Part shown: positions 39,458-50,121 of the stretch, one piece after another
Position numbering within the stretch: the first letter of the stretch is position 1
Layout: each line of letters begins with the position of its first letter
DNA from: Pyrinomonadaceae bacterium
GTDB lineage: Bacteria; Acidobacteriota; Blastocatellia; Pyrinomonadales; Pyrinomonadaceae
Assembly: GCA_046313635.1 (NCBI GenBank)
Contig: JBKBYA010000002.1
Span: forward strand, 224,001 to 288,000
Direction: 5' to 3'
DNA: 64,000 bases
The notes under the pieces: generated by a model
The model's database searches: none
Told to the model about the DNA's origin: nothing
What the model saw: only the letters and a program-made list of their open reading frames with translations
Position numbers and translations under genes: made by a program

Positions 39458-42031
39458 CTAGAGGATCGACAGCCGCGGCGCCGTATCGGCGAGCCGTGAG
39501 CTGAAATTCACTCCGTTCACATTCACGATCACCGTGATCGGCTGGTCGCCCGCACGATTGAGTTCCGAGGGCAGAAGGAAGTCCAGCGCGTAGACCCCGG
39601 GCTCGATCTGTACGCCCGTGGCGGTCACGAGCGACGGCAGTATCGTCACATTTCCTATCTTGACCGACATTACCCCGGGCGTCGTATTCGCGATACCGGT
39701 CATATACAGACGCAGCACCGTCGAGACGCGGCGGCCGCCTTTTATCTTGATCGTCGTGACCGTAAAAGGCTCGCGGGTGAGGACGCGGTTGGTCGCGTTA
39801 AAGACCTTGGCGCGACCGCCGGGTGTCGGCGTCCCGGCCGTGTTGAATATGTCGGGCCGTGTCGGCACGATCGTCATCGTCGTCTTGATCTGCGTACCGT
39901 TGATATTGAGGACGAGCGGGTAGGGCGTTCCCGCGGCGACGCTCGAGAGAAACGGCGGCACGACGAACGCGATGGACTGCGGCCCGACCGATTTGAGTCC
40001 CGCGGCGACGCCGTTGATCGAGAGCGTGACGCCGCTCAATTCTATCGGCAGCTGGAACGAGCGAGAATTGGAGCCGACGGCCGTCCTCGCGGTAATGGGC
40101 TGCGGGCTGCCTGCCGGAAAGTCGAGTATCGCCAGCATCCCGGGCGAAAGGCCAAGCACCGGCTCGGGCGTCTGCGGCGTCGGCGAGGGGCTCGGCGTCG
40201 GTGTCGGCGTCGGCGTCGCGGTAGGCGAAGGCGTCGGCGTCGGCGTCGCGATCACGGCGAGGCCGCTCGCACCGGTCCTGAAGGACAGCGCAGGCGCCGG
40301 GCTCGGCGTCGCGGTCACGAGCGGATTGATCAGGTAATAGACCTCGCTCGCGAAATCCTGATTCCCGGTGCCGATCTCGGTCAGCGCAAGATTGAATGCG
40401 AGCCGCCGCTGCGTATTGCTCGGCAAGGCCTGCGTCGATGCGAGAAAGGTGTTGGGCGTCGGAAACTTTGTCAGCCGTTTGAAGGTGGCCGTCGCCGGCG
40501 GGACCGTAAGCGGGTATGTGTAGATCTGGACCGGCCGAGCGGCGTTGTCGTTCATCCCGTCGCTCGCCGTGGTCGGGATCGTGCCGTCCGGCTTGATGTT
40601 GAGGCGCGTCGACAGCAAAAGCGTCGACGGCGTACCGTTCGAATCGTAATCGGTGAATCCGGGATACCGGTGCACGTCGCCGCCCGACGCAGCCGAGTCG
40701 GCATCGCTCCGCGGGCCGATGCGGCGGAAGTTGGCGCTCGAGAGCGCAGCGTCGTAGACGTAGGTCGCGAACGACGTGTAGTTGTTGCCGCTATTCTCGC
40801 CGGCGAGATCTGCGTAAGAATCAAACGCTATGTACCGGCCGTCGCGGCTCATTCGTCGGCCCTGGTCGAGAAGGTTAACGACGCCGTTGCCGCTCGACGG
40901 AGTAGTGACGGTGATCTGCTTCTTCAAACCCGTCGGAGCTCCCGTCGCGTCGAGGTCGGAGAAATGTATCTCCTCGTTGCGGCTCGTCGACGGGTTGTTG
41001 CCGCCGGTCATTCCGACGATCGGATTTTCGCCCGTGCTCGCGAAAGCAACGCGCAGCCCGCTGCCGGATATCGTCGGATTCTTGTTATAGATCGGACTCG
41101 AGAGTGTGCCGCGCTGGGTCTTTGTGACCTGATTCAGCAGACCGCCGCCCGGCGACCCGCTCCATGTGTACGTGAATATCTCGTCATTGTCCTCGGCCGG
41201 GAAGGGGTTGCCGACCGCCGGGACAAGATCGCGGGTAGATACAAATGCGATCGCGCGGCCGTTGTCGCTGATGCTCGGGTCGTGGTTGTCGTCGGCGACA
41301 AAGGCTCCGCTGGTGCCGTTCGCCGACCGCGGCAGCTGGCTCGCCGGCGTGTTGGTGATCTGGTAGAACGCCGCACCGGCGACCGCCGCGCCGTTGGCGT
41401 CGTAAGGACTCAGAAAGGTCAGCGGCTGCTCGTCGCCTGCCGAGAGGTCGGGCACGCCCGGCACCGGCGGTATCTGGTAAAGCCAGAGCTCGAGATTGGC
41501 GTCGTTGGTCAGCGGGTTGGCCCCGGGCGTGGGCGAGGCGGTCGGCGACGGCGAAGGCGTCGGGGTGGGAGCCGTATAGGCGTTGCCGTCAAAGCGGCCC
41601 GGATTGGTCCCGTTCACCGGCTGGCCCGCGACCGAGGTCGTTGCATTCGAACTGAAAGCTATCCAGCGCCCGTCGTTGCTGATCACCGGACGAATGTTCG
41701 TGATCTCGACGCGGATATTCGAAAAGCCCGTTCCCGCGTTCGGGTCGATCAAAACGCTCTTTGTGTCGGTGATCTGAAAGATCCGCCGCTGCGCATAATC
41801 CCAGAGAAAGATCTCGACGTTGCCGTCGGCGTTTCGGGGATTTTGGGTGTCGTGATTTCCGCGCGATTCAAAGACGACAAAGCGGCCGTCGCCGCTCACG
41901 CCGCCCGCGAACGATTCGGCGGGAGAATTGGTAAACTGACCGATGACCGTATCCACAGCCTGCCCAAAAGCGGCTAGCGAGAACGTGAGAAACAGAATGG
42001 CCAAAAAGATGGGACTAATGCGAAGCTTCAC
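39458..42031 (-). CDS. Secreted TolB-like beta-propeller protein with Pro-Thr linkers and a TIGR03437-like (Acidobacteria) C-terminal domain
   Basis: GTG 42031 after GGAGGAG; signal peptide; repeated SxDGRxxxFxS blades; (PT)n linkers; C-terminal LPIELSGVTLSING...IAFVVP...PDIF...LRLYMTGI...PGVYALDFLLP. Confidence 0.75.
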   Translation of the reverse strand: MKLRISPIFLAILFLTFSLAAFGQAVDTVIGQFTNSPAESFAGGVSGDGRFVVFESRGNHDTQNPRNADGNVEIFLWDYAQRRIFQITDTKSVLIDPNAGTGFSNIRVEITNIRPVISNDGRWIAFSSNATTSVAGQPVNGTNPGRFDGNAYTAPTPTPSPSPTASPTPGANPLTNDANLELWLYQIPPVPGVPDLSAGDEQPLTFLSPYDANGAAVAGAAFYQITNTPASQLPRSANGTSGAFVADDNHDPSISDNGRAIAFVSTRDLVPAVGNPFPAEDNDEIFTYTWSGSPGGGLLNQVTKTQRGTLSSPIYNKNPTISGSGLRVAFASTGENPIVGMTGGNNPSTSRNEEIHFSDLDATGAPTGLKKQITVTTPSSGNGVVNLLDQGRRMSRDGRYIAFDSYADLAGENSGNNYTSFATYVYDAALSSANFRRIGPRSDADSAASGGDVHRYPGFTDYDSNGTPSTLLLSTRLNIKPDGTIPTTASDGMNDNAARPVQIYTYPLTVPPATATFKRLTKFPTPNTFLASTQALPSNTQRRLAFNLALTEIGTGNQDFASEVYYLINPLVTATPSPAPALSFRTGASGLAVIATPTPTPSPTATPTPTPTPSPSPTPQTPEPVLGLSPGMLAILDFPAGSPQPITARTAVGSNSRSFQLPIELSGVTLSINGVAAGLKSVGPQSIAFVVPPFLSSVAAGTPYPLVLNINGTQIKTTMTIVPTRPDIFNTAGTPTPGGRAKVFNATNRVLTREPFTVTTIKIKGGRRVSTVLRLYMTGIANTTPGVMSVKIGNVTILPSLVTATGVQIEPGVYALDFLLPSELNRAGDQPITVIVNVNGVNFSSRLADTAPRLSIL

Positions 42032-42238
42032 AAACTCCTCCAGAATCGCGTGTCCAGTCACGCCGGGTACCTGTCTAAAATTTTGGTAAAAGGCTGGATG
42101 CACAAAAGGTTAAAGTTTAAGGGCAAAAACAGGCATCTGCAAGCACGATGCCCGCGTGCCGCCAGGGTCGGAAAACAAAATCCGGCTCTAAGATGCCCAT
42201 TATCTCGCGGTTGGTTGTAGCTTTACGAGGGCCGCGAA

Positions 42239-43450
42239 ATGCTCGTCACCGGGCTGTCGGAACAAATGTCGTCAAGAGTGTTGAGAGTGTTGATCGTCGC
42301 CGGCGAAGCCTCGGGCGACCTGCATGCGGCAAAATTAGCCGCGGCGCTGCGCGAGGCGGCGCCTCAGATCGAGTTCGATCTATTCGGTGCTGCCGGCCCG
42401 CGGATGCGCGAGGTCGGTGTCGATGCGGTCGTGCGGTCAGACGGCCTTTCGGTGATCGGTTTGCCCGAGATCGGCCGCGCGCTGCCGATGTTTTGGCGGG
42501 CATTCAAGGCACTGAAGACGGCGGCCCGCGAGCGAAAGGCCGACGTCGCGGTGCTGGTCGATTTTCCCGACTTCAATCTCAAACTCGCCCGCGCGCTCAA
42601 GCGGCAGGGCGTCCGCGTCGTCTATTACATCTCGCCGCAGCTTTGGGCGTGGCGGAGCTATCGCCGCCGCACGATCAGAAAGTACGTCGACCTGCTGATC
42701 ACGATCCTCCCGTTCGAAAAGGATTGGTACGCCCGGCACGGCATTGAGAATGTCGAATACGTCGGCAGCCCTCTGGCGCGCGAGGTTTTTGCCTCGCGGG
42801 CGCGTGAGGAGTTTTGTCGAGACCATGGGCTCGATGCGGCGCGGCCGATCGTGTCGCTCCTGCCCGGCAGCCGTCATAAAGAGATCGTCAAGATCCTGCC
42901 GGCGATGCTCGACGCGGCCGAGCTGCTTCGTCGGCGGAGAGCCGACCTCCAGATGCTCCTGCCGCTCGGTTCTGAAAAGAACGCGGCCGACGCTCGCGAG
43001 ATCTTGAGAGACCGTCCGGCCGGCGAGCGGCTGCAGGTGATCGTCGGAGAGACCTACGACGCGTTGAACGCGTCGGACGCCGCGGCCATCGCCAGCGGCA
43101 CCGCAACGCTCGAAGCCGGCATCATCGGCACGCCGATGGCGATCGTTTATAAGACAACCTCTTTGAATTACAAACTTCTGCGGCCGCTGATCTCGGTCGA
43201 GCACTTCGGACTGATAAATCTGATCGCCGGCGAACGGATCGCGAACGAACTGATCCAGAACGACCTCACGCCGCAAGCGCTGGCCGACGAGATCGAGCGG
43301 CTCCTCGAGCCTGACACGAACGCCCTCGTTCGCGAGCGTCTGAGAGCGGCGACCGACAAGCTCGGTCACGGCGGAGCGTCGCGCCGCGCGGCCGAGGCGA
43401 TCCTAAAGCTGGCCGGCGTGGCGGCGGGCGATCAGCCGGCGCCATCCTGA
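42239..43450 (+). CDS. lpxB: Lipid-A-disaccharide synthase
   Basis: [53 protein letters not shown]. Confidence 0.95.
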   Translation: MLVTGLSEQMSSRVLRVLIVAGEASGDLHAAKLAAALREAAPQIEFDLFGAAGPRMREVGVDAVVRSDGLSVIGLPEIGRALPMFWRAFKALKTAARERKADVAVLVDFPDFNLKLARALKRQGVRVVYYISPQLWAWRSYRRRTIRKYVDLLITILPFEKDWYARHGIENVEYVGSPLAREVFASRAREEFCRDHGLDAARPIVSLLPGSRHKEIVKILPAMLDAAELLRRRRADLQMLLPLGSEKNAADAREILRDRPAGERLQVIVGETYDALNASDAAAIASGTATLEAGIIGTPMAIVYKTTSLNYKLLRPLISVEHFGLINLIAGERIANELIQNDLTPQALADEIERLLEPDTNALVRERLRAATDKLGHGGASRRAAEAILKLAGVAAGDQPAPS

Positions 43451-44442
43451 CGTTCGAGTTTCTTTTTGATCTCCTTTACCTCTGCACGCAGACGTTCGAG
43501 TCCCTTGACCAGCGCATTCTGACGCTTATATTCGTCGAGCGGCTGCACAGGCGTGCCCCACCAGACGCCGGGGCGAACGATCTTGCCCGGCAGCACGCCG
43601 GCCTGCGAGCCGATCACCGCGCCGCTTTTGACGGTCGCGTGATCGCCCATCCCGACCTGACCGCCGATGACGCAGTCGTCCTCGATTACGGTGCTGCCCG
43701 AGATGCCGGTCTGCGCGGCGATGACGACGCGTCTGCCGATCTGCACGTTGTGACCGATCTGAACGAGATTGTCGATCTTTGTACCTTCGCCGATGCGTGT
43801 CTCGCCGAGCGCTGCGCGATCGACGCAGGTATTGGCGCCGATCTCGACGTCGTCTTCGATCACGACGGTCCCGATCTGCGGGAACTTTACGTACTCAGCT
43901 TTGTCCCGGACATAGCCGAAACCGTCGGCGCCGATCACGACGCCGCTGTGAAGTATGACGCGGCTGCCGATGCTGCATCCGTCGTCGATGAAGACGTTTG
44001 GGTGCAGGACGCAGTTATCGCCGATCGACACTCGGTCGCCGATCTTTGCGCCGGGCCGCAGCTGCGTGCCGGCGCCGATGCGCGAGCCCTCGCCGACGCA
44101 GCAGTGGGCGCCGATAAAGACATTGTCCCCGATCACCGCCTCGGCGGCGACGACCGCGGAAGGATGGATCTCGGGGCGGCGGACCTTTTGCGGGTGCAGG
44201 AGCGCGGCGAGGCGGGCAAAGGCGAGCTTTGGCACGTCGACCTTGATATGCGTGCCGGAGCCGGCAAATTTCCGCGGCACGATCAGGCACGCCGCGGAGC
44301 ATTCAAATTCGATATCGCCTTTTTCGACGAATGCGATCTCGCCGTCCGCCGCTTTTCGCAGGTCAGCGACGCGTTCGATCTCGACGTCGCCGCGTCCGAC
44401 GAGCTCGCCGCCGAGGAATTCGGCAATTTCCCGAGTTTTCAT
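43432..44442 (-). CDS. lpxD: UDP-3-O-(3-hydroxyacyl)glucosamine N-acyltransferase
   Basis: ATG 44442 ([12 protein letters not shown]); hexapeptide repeats; [28 protein letters not shown]. Confidence 0.93.
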   Translation of the reverse strand: MKTREIAEFLGGELVGRGDVEIERVADLRKAADGEIAFVEKGDIEFECSAACLIVPRKFAGSGTHIKVDVPKLAFARLAALLHPQKVRRPEIHPSAVVAAEAVIGDNVFIGAHCCVGEGSRIGAGTQLRPGAKIGDRVSIGDNCVLHPNVFIDDGCSIGSRVILHSGVVIGADGFGYVRDKAEYVKFPQIGTVVIEDDVEIGANTCVDRAALGETRIGEGTKIDNLVQIGHNVQIGRRVVIAAQTGISGSTVIEDDCVIGGQVGMGDHATVKSGAVIGSQAGVLPGKIVRPGVWWGTPVQPLDEYKRQNALVKGLERLRAEVKEIKKKLERQDGAG

Positions 44443-44476
44443 CAGCGAAGAATTTAATACTTTTTGAGGATAAAAG

Positions 44477-44758
44477 TCAGGCCGCGCGTTCGGCGTCGTC
44501 GATCGCCTTTTGCAGAAAGAATTCGACACCGTCGATCTCGACGCCATGTTCGTCCCGCAGCCGCTTGATGACCGACGCGGCGTCGCTGTCGATAAAGGTG
44601 AGGTCGGCGAGGTCGAGCGTCGTATTCACGCCGATGCCGTGCTCGCCGCTTGTCACGACGCGTTCGATGAGGAGGGCGTCGTCGAGCGTCATATCGCCTG
44701 CGACGCGGAGAATATTGCGGCCATCGGGAGATCGATGTTGTGTGATATTCGTCGGCAT
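44477..44758 (-). CDS. Small STAS-domain protein
   Basis: ILRVAGDM...[16 protein letters not shown] resembles the STAS motif. Confidence 0.65.
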   Translation of the reverse strand: MPTNITQHRSPDGRNILRVAGDMTLDDALLIERVVTSGEHGIGVNTTLDLADLTFIDSDAASVIKRLRDEHGVEIDGVEFFLQKAIDDAERAA

Positions 44759-44793
44759 CTGTATCGATGGTCTACTCTGCTTTTACGCAGGGG

Positions 44794-45711
44794 TCAAGCA
44801 AGGGTTTCGTGTATCGCGGCCCGCTCGCGTGTGACGACGTACACGCCCGCAAAGATCAACGCCGCCGCGGCAAAGAACTTTGCGTCGACACGCTCATTCA
44901 AAAACACCACCGCCAGCAGAAACCCGATCAGCGGCTGCAGATAAACGTACACCGCGACGGTCGAGGGGCTCACTCTCGCGAGGGCCCAGGCGTTCAGCAG
45001 GTACGGCGACGCGGTCGCCCCGATCGCGATGTAGATAACGAGCAGCCAGACGCTCTGTCCGACATTCGAGATGTCGACGAAACTCATCGAACTCGCCCCA
45101 AGCGGCACGCAGATCACGGCGGCGAACAAAAAGACCCACATCATCGAGCGGAACGCGCCGTTCCTCTCGATAACGCGTTTTGAGGTCGCGACATATATCC
45201 CGTACGACAGAGAATTTGCGACGATGAGCAGATCGCCGCGAGTCGTCTCGGACGAGAACGAAGCGTTGCGCGGATCGATGACCAGGAGCACGCCGGCGGC
45301 GGCGAGCAGCATCCCGAGCAGCTTTGCGCCGCGAAGCCGTTCGCTGCCGGCGACGGCGCTGACGGCGAGCGTAAAGACGGGTATCGTCACGGCAAGCAGC
45401 GAAGTGTTGGCCGCCTTGGTGAGCGAGAGACCGGTGACGAAGAGCAGTTGGTTGAACGTGACGCCGAAAAGGCTCAGCACCGCGAGCCGCCAGTAATCGC
45501 CTTTCGCCTTGAGCCTCACTCGGCCCCTGACCGTCTGCACGGCAAGCAGGACGACGGCCGTGATGCCGACGCGAAAGCCGACCAGCCCGACCGGCGGCAC
45601 GGCGGTCAGCACGACCTTTGCGATCACCGGCAGCGAGCCGAAAAAGGCCTGCACGCCGAGAAGTGCGAGGTGCGGCGCGTACGCGGTCCGGGCGTTTACG
45701 TTCGAGCGCAT
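44794..45711 (-). CDS. DMT/EamA family transporter
   Basis: About ten TM helices in two repeats; GLSLTKAANTSLL, YLQPLIGFLLAVVFLNE. Confidence 0.88.
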   Translation of the reverse strand: MRSNVNARTAYAPHLALLGVQAFFGSLPVIAKVVLTAVPPVGLVGFRVGITAVVLLAVQTVRGRVRLKAKGDYWRLAVLSLFGVTFNQLLFVTGLSLTKAANTSLLAVTIPVFTLAVSAVAGSERLRGAKLLGMLLAAAGVLLVIDPRNASFSSETTRGDLLIVANSLSYGIYVATSKRVIERNGAFRSMMWVFLFAAVICVPLGASSMSFVDISNVGQSVWLLVIYIAIGATASPYLLNAWALARVSPSTVAVYVYLQPLIGFLLAVVFLNERVDAKFFAAAALIFAGVYVVTRERAAIHETLA

Positions 45712-45845
45712 TATCGACAAAGCTAGCGGAGGCGTCGCGGTTTAACAAACTCGGCGAGAGTGCAGCGCGTTCTTCGCGGAAAGCGATCGCGTGCATGACC
45801 GCTTCCAAACTCTCGTTGCCAAGCTCTACGGTCGGACGGGCGGCC

Positions 45846-47090
45846 TCAGACCGTCTCTGCGGCGGCCGCGCCGGATCGCAGCGGCAGGCGACGGCCGTAG
45901 GTCAGCTGTCGCCAGATCCATTCGAGCGGCCCGTATTTGAAGCTTCGGAGCCAGACTGTGCTGAGTACGACCTGGCCGGCAAAGATCGCCGCGGCGAGCA
46001 GCGTCGCGGTCGTCGGGCCGACTTTGCCGAATTGGCCGAGGCCGTAGCCGTAAAAGATCAGGACGCACACGACCGTTTGCATAATGTAATTGGTTAGTGC
46101 CATCCGGCCCACGGGCGCGAGTAACGCAAGCGGACGCCGCCACGCGACGCTCTGCCAGAGGATGGCGACCAGCGCCGCGATCCCGAGTGCGAGTGCCGGC
46201 ACGCCGACCGCGTAGAGGACGACGCCGAGGATGCCGGCCGCGGTCGGAGGGAAGACGGCCTCTTTGCCGGCGACCGCGGCGAATATCAGATTTGCCGCGA
46301 GTCCCACGCCGAGACCGTAGGTCATCACGCGGCGGATGAAGGGCAGGTTGGCCTCGACATTTTGAAAGAATCCGCGGCGGAACGCGTACAGGCCGAGCAG
46401 GAACATCGCGAGGATCTTCGGCAGGCGCATGTCAAAGATAAGGCCTGCGTAACGGCCGGCGACGTAGTTGAGATTAAAGCCGGTGACGATCTCGAGGTAT
46501 GTGCCCTCGGACGCGCGGCGGGACATTTCGCGCCAAAATTCGCTCTGGCCTGTTTCGAACTGGGCGAGTGCCTCAGGCGAGACGAACGCCTTGAAGAGCG
46601 CGAAGAGCAGCAGGTAGCTCAATACCGGGACGATCATCAGGCCGGCGGCCCATTTGAGCAGCGAGCGGTCCGGCTTGCGGCGAAATAGTATCAGGACGAA
46701 GCCCATCACCGCGTAGATGCTCAAAATGTCGCCCGCCCACAGCAGGTACGCATGCAGCAGCCCGATCACAAGAAGCCAAAACAGTCGCCGCTTGAAGAGG
46801 CTCGCGCCCGCGTCGCCCCGTACCTCGGCCCGGGCCATCTGCAAGGCAAAGCCGAAGCCGAACAAGAACGAAAAGATCGAATAGAATTTGCCCTCGACCA
46901 AAAAGTGCACGGCAAAATGCACGGCCTTGTCGAGACCGGAAAACTCGGCCGCTAGAAAAGCGGGCATGAATCCGTAGCCCGAGAACCACTGCATGTTGCC
47001 GAAGAGAATGCCGCCGATCGCGAGCCCGCGGAGGGCGTCGATCACGTCGAGGCGTTCGGTTGGCGGGGTCGGGCCGAGCTGGTTGTTCAT
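45846..47090 (-). CDS. DUF418 (YeiB-like) membrane protein
   Basis: ERLDVIDALRGLAIGGIL, GKFYSIFSFLFGFG, GDILSIYA, VGRMALTNYIMQ, GPLEWIWRQLTY. Confidence 0.88.
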   Translation of the reverse strand: MNNQLGPTPPTERLDVIDALRGLAIGGILFGNMQWFSGYGFMPAFLAAEFSGLDKAVHFAVHFLVEGKFYSIFSFLFGFGFALQMARAEVRGDAGASLFKRRLFWLLVIGLLHAYLLWAGDILSIYAVMGFVLILFRRKPDRSLLKWAAGLMIVPVLSYLLLFALFKAFVSPEALAQFETGQSEFWREMSRRASEGTYLEIVTGFNLNYVAGRYAGLIFDMRLPKILAMFLLGLYAFRRGFFQNVEANLPFIRRVMTYGLGVGLAANLIFAAVAGKEAVFPPTAAGILGVVLYAVGVPALALGIAALVAILWQSVAWRRPLALLAPVGRMALTNYIMQTVVCVLIFYGYGLGQFGKVGPTTATLLAAAIFAGQVVLSTVWLRSFKYGPLEWIWRQLTYGRRLPLRSGAAAAETV

Positions 47091-47394
47091 AGTTGACGGC
47101 AAGACGTTCGCGGAGCCGCTCGCGGCGGGCGACATCGCCTGCACCTCGGTCGCGATCGTCGGTAAGCCATTCTGCACTACGGCGGCTTGCCTGAAAAGTT
47201 CCGGCCCTCGTCGGCGCGGACCGATCGCGGTCTCGCTTCGGCTGCCGCCGCCGCAGGCCCGCGATTCGACCGCAGCCGGGCCGGCGGCCAGATCCCTTTT
47301 CAAATTCGGGCTTTGTGCACTATCATCTTCGGGCCCTGCGCGCGTTCACCCTACGCGGCCCGCGGTAGATCAAAACTCAAAAAGGAATAACGAG

Positions 47395-48198
47395 ATGAGA
47401 GCCTATGTCTATTTGACGGCAGTGTGCTTGCTGTCGGTCCCGGTCGCGATCGGACAGTCAAAGCCCGAGCTCTCGGCCGAGGCCGAAGCTCGTGCGGTCG
47501 CGCTCTTTGACCGGGCGTCGGCGTGCGACGACGACGACATTTATTGCCAGGTCACAAACTATTCAAAAGCCATCGAGCTACATCCGGGCTTTTCGCAGGC
47601 GTACAACAATCGCGGCACGGCCTTTAAGCTCTCGGGCGATCTTGAGCGAGCGCTGCGCGACTACTCGCGCGCCGCCGAGATCGACCCAAAATTCACGCAG
47701 GCCCTGTACAATCGGGCCGTGGTGCTGTTGGCCAGGGGCGACGCCGCCGGCGCGGTCCGCGACTTTGACGCGGCGATCGCCGTGTCGCCGGAACTGTTTC
47801 TGTCGTATGTCGGGCGAGGCAACGCGCTGCTTAAGCTCTTCAGGCTCGAACGCGCGGCCGCAGACTTTGACACGGCGATACGGATCGAGCCGCGATTTGC
47901 CGGCAGCTATTACGGCCGCGGGCTCGCGCGCCTTTACAATAACGACTGCGACCGTGCCGCGAGCGACTTTGGCAAAGTGATCGAGCTCGACCCGGGATTT
48001 GCTTTCGCATATCTCAACCGGGCCCTCTGCCTTGAGAGAAGCGACCGCATAACAAGCGCCTTGGCCGACGTGGACAAATTCGTCGAGCTCAGCCCAAACG
48101 ACCCGCGGGGTTACAGCGCACGAGCCCGCTTGTTTGACAAGCTCGGAAACACGCGGCGGGCCGAGGCCGACCGCAGACGAGCGTCGGGGTTTGAATAG
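47395..48198 (+). CDS. Exported tetratricopeptide-repeat protein
   Basis: ATG 47395 after AAGGA; signal peptide; tandem 34-aa AYxNRG...AIxxxP repeats. Confidence 0.85.
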   Translation: MRAYVYLTAVCLLSVPVAIGQSKPELSAEAEARAVALFDRASACDDDDIYCQVTNYSKAIELHPGFSQAYNNRGTAFKLSGDLERALRDYSRAAEIDPKFTQALYNRAVVLLARGDAAGAVRDFDAAIAVSPELFLSYVGRGNALLKLFRLERAAADFDTAIRIEPRFAGSYYGRGLARLYNNDCDRAASDFGKVIELDPGFAFAYLNRALCLERSDRITSALADVDKFVELSPNDPRGYSARARLFDKLGNTRRAEADRRRASGFE

Positions 48199-48286
48199 AC
48201 CGCGGCGATATCTGAGATCGTTTTGTGACGCGGCCGGCCGCCGGGCCGTGGAGAGGTTACATTTCGAACGTATGAGAGGTCATTTG

Positions 48287-49951
48287 ATGGATCGAATTTT
48301 TTTGACGCCCGCACACCGGCGTTGGCTGACGATCGCGCTCTTGTGGTCGATCGTCGTCGGTCAGGTCGCCGCGCAGTCGGCGGCGCCTGCTTTGTCCGGC
48401 ATCGAGCGCGAGATCGCCGACCGTATCACTATCGCGTCGATCAAGGACTCGACCGCAACGCTGTCGTCGCCCGAGATGGAAGGCCGCGGGACAGGCCAGC
48501 CCGGCGGTGACAAGGCCGCCAACTGGATCGCCGACCGCTTTAAGGCGCTCGGCCTCAAGCCGCTCGGCGACAAGGGATCTTACCTTCAGCGAGTCGAATT
48601 CAAGGAGACGGTCGTAAGTCCCGACTCGATGTTCAAGGCTGGCGACGAGACGCTTGTGCACGGAACGGATTACGCGTTCCTGCCGATGAATAACGGCAGC
48701 AAGGACGTATCGGGCGATCTCGTCTTTGTCTCGTACGGCATTCAGGCAAGGCAGGCCGACATCGATCAGCTCGCAGGGACCAACCTGATGGGCAAGGTCG
48801 TGATGTTGATCGAGGGGCCGCCGCCCGGATTTCCCAAGGAAAAGTGGGCCGAGCAAAAGGCCTCATTCGCGATACTGCAAAATCTCATTCGCCAGGGCGC
48901 GGCCGCCATCGTTTTTATGACGCGCGGCGACGAGGACCGGCCGGCCGAGATGATGATCGACTACTTCAGCCGGCGGCAGATCACGACGCCGGACGAAGAG
49001 GGCTATCCGGCATTTGTGCCGCCGCTGCTTTATCTGAGCAGCAAAGGTGCCGAGAAGCTCTTTGCTAAAGCGGGCACGACGCTAAAGGATGCGATGGCCG
49101 CGGCCCACACGCGAGAGTTCAAGTCGATCGAACTAAAGCAAAAGGCAAAGATTGTCGCACGCTACAAGGCCACAAAGGCCGCGGGCAGCAACGTCGTCGG
49201 TTATCTGGAAGGCTCTGATCCGCAGCTCAGGTCCGAAGCGGTCCTATTCACCGCGCACTACGATGCGTACGGTAAGGACAACGGCAAGGTCTATCACGGT
49301 GCCGCCGACAACGCGCTCGGCACCGCCGAGATGCTGGCCGTGGCGGAGGCCTACTCAAAGCTCTCGCAGAGACCAAAGCGATCGATGATATTCCTGGCCG
49401 TCACTGCGGAAGAGTACGGCCTCTACGGCTCGAAGCACTGGGCCAAAAATCCGACGTGGGACATCAAGAAGGTCGCGGCCAACCTCAATCTCGACGGCAT
49501 CGGCACGGAAGTGTACGGCCCCGTCAAAACGATGGTCGGCTACGGTGCCGAACATTCGACCCTCGGGCCGCTGCTTGACGAGGTAGCAAGGCCGCTCGGG
49601 ATCAGCGTCATCCCCGACCCGATGCCGGATGAAAAGGTTTTTTACCGTTCGGACCACTACTCGTTTGTCGAGCGCGGCGTCCCGGCGCTGATGCTGCTCG
49701 GTGCGCCGGCCGGCGAAAAAGAGGTCTGGATCAAAAGGATCAAAGAGTGGGAAAAGACCGATTATCATCAACCCGCCGACGTGATTCGGCCGGAGTGGTC
49801 CTGGGAAGGCGCCGAAACCGTCGCCGAAGTGATGGCGATAATGGGCTGGCGGATATCGGAAACGGCCGAAATGCCGAAGTGGCTCTCAACCGGGAGATTC
49901 GGAAAGCTCAAGCGAGGAAATACCGATAAGCTGCCCGAAGAGCAAAAGTAG
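48287..49951 (+). CDS. M28-family zinc peptidase with PA domain, exported
   Basis: MEGRGTG, NVVGYLEGSDP, TAHYD, GAADNALG, TAEEYGLYGS, NLNLDGIG, RSDHYSF, DYHQPAD. Confidence 0.9.
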   Translation: MDRIFLTPAHRRWLTIALLWSIVVGQVAAQSAAPALSGIEREIADRITIASIKDSTATLSSPEMEGRGTGQPGGDKAANWIADRFKALGLKPLGDKGSYLQRVEFKETVVSPDSMFKAGDETLVHGTDYAFLPMNNGSKDVSGDLVFVSYGIQARQADIDQLAGTNLMGKVVMLIEGPPPGFPKEKWAEQKASFAILQNLIRQGAAAIVFMTRGDEDRPAEMMIDYFSRRQITTPDEEGYPAFVPPLLYLSSKGAEKLFAKAGTTLKDAMAAAHTREFKSIELKQKAKIVARYKATKAAGSNVVGYLEGSDPQLRSEAVLFTAHYDAYGKDNGKVYHGAADNALGTAEMLAVAEAYSKLSQRPKRSMIFLAVTAEEYGLYGSKHWAKNPTWDIKKVAANLNLDGIGTEVYGPVKTMVGYGAEHSTLGPLLDEVARPLGISVIPDPMPDEKVFYRSDHYSFVERGVPALMLLGAPAGEKEVWIKRIKEWEKTDYHQPADVIRPEWSWEGAETVAEVMAIMGWRISETAEMPKWLSTGRFGKLKRGNTDKLPEEQK

Positions 49952-50121
49952 ACAGTTAAGCGAAGCGGGCCAAGACCTGCTTTTTTCTTCCGCGGTTGTC
50001 GACGGCCGCGAAACGTCCAAGGGAATCTATCCTCGGTCGTCTTGAACAGAGCATTCGGGTTGAAGCAAAATTTCGTGCGCCGGCACTCGACTCCGACTCC
50101 TATGGCGATAAGGAACTGATC

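Noticed and set aside
40176..40250. Short tandem repeats resembling a repeat array or CRISPR
   Set aside because: They encode a Pro-Thr linker in frame; there is no repeat-spacer structure and no cas genes in the window.
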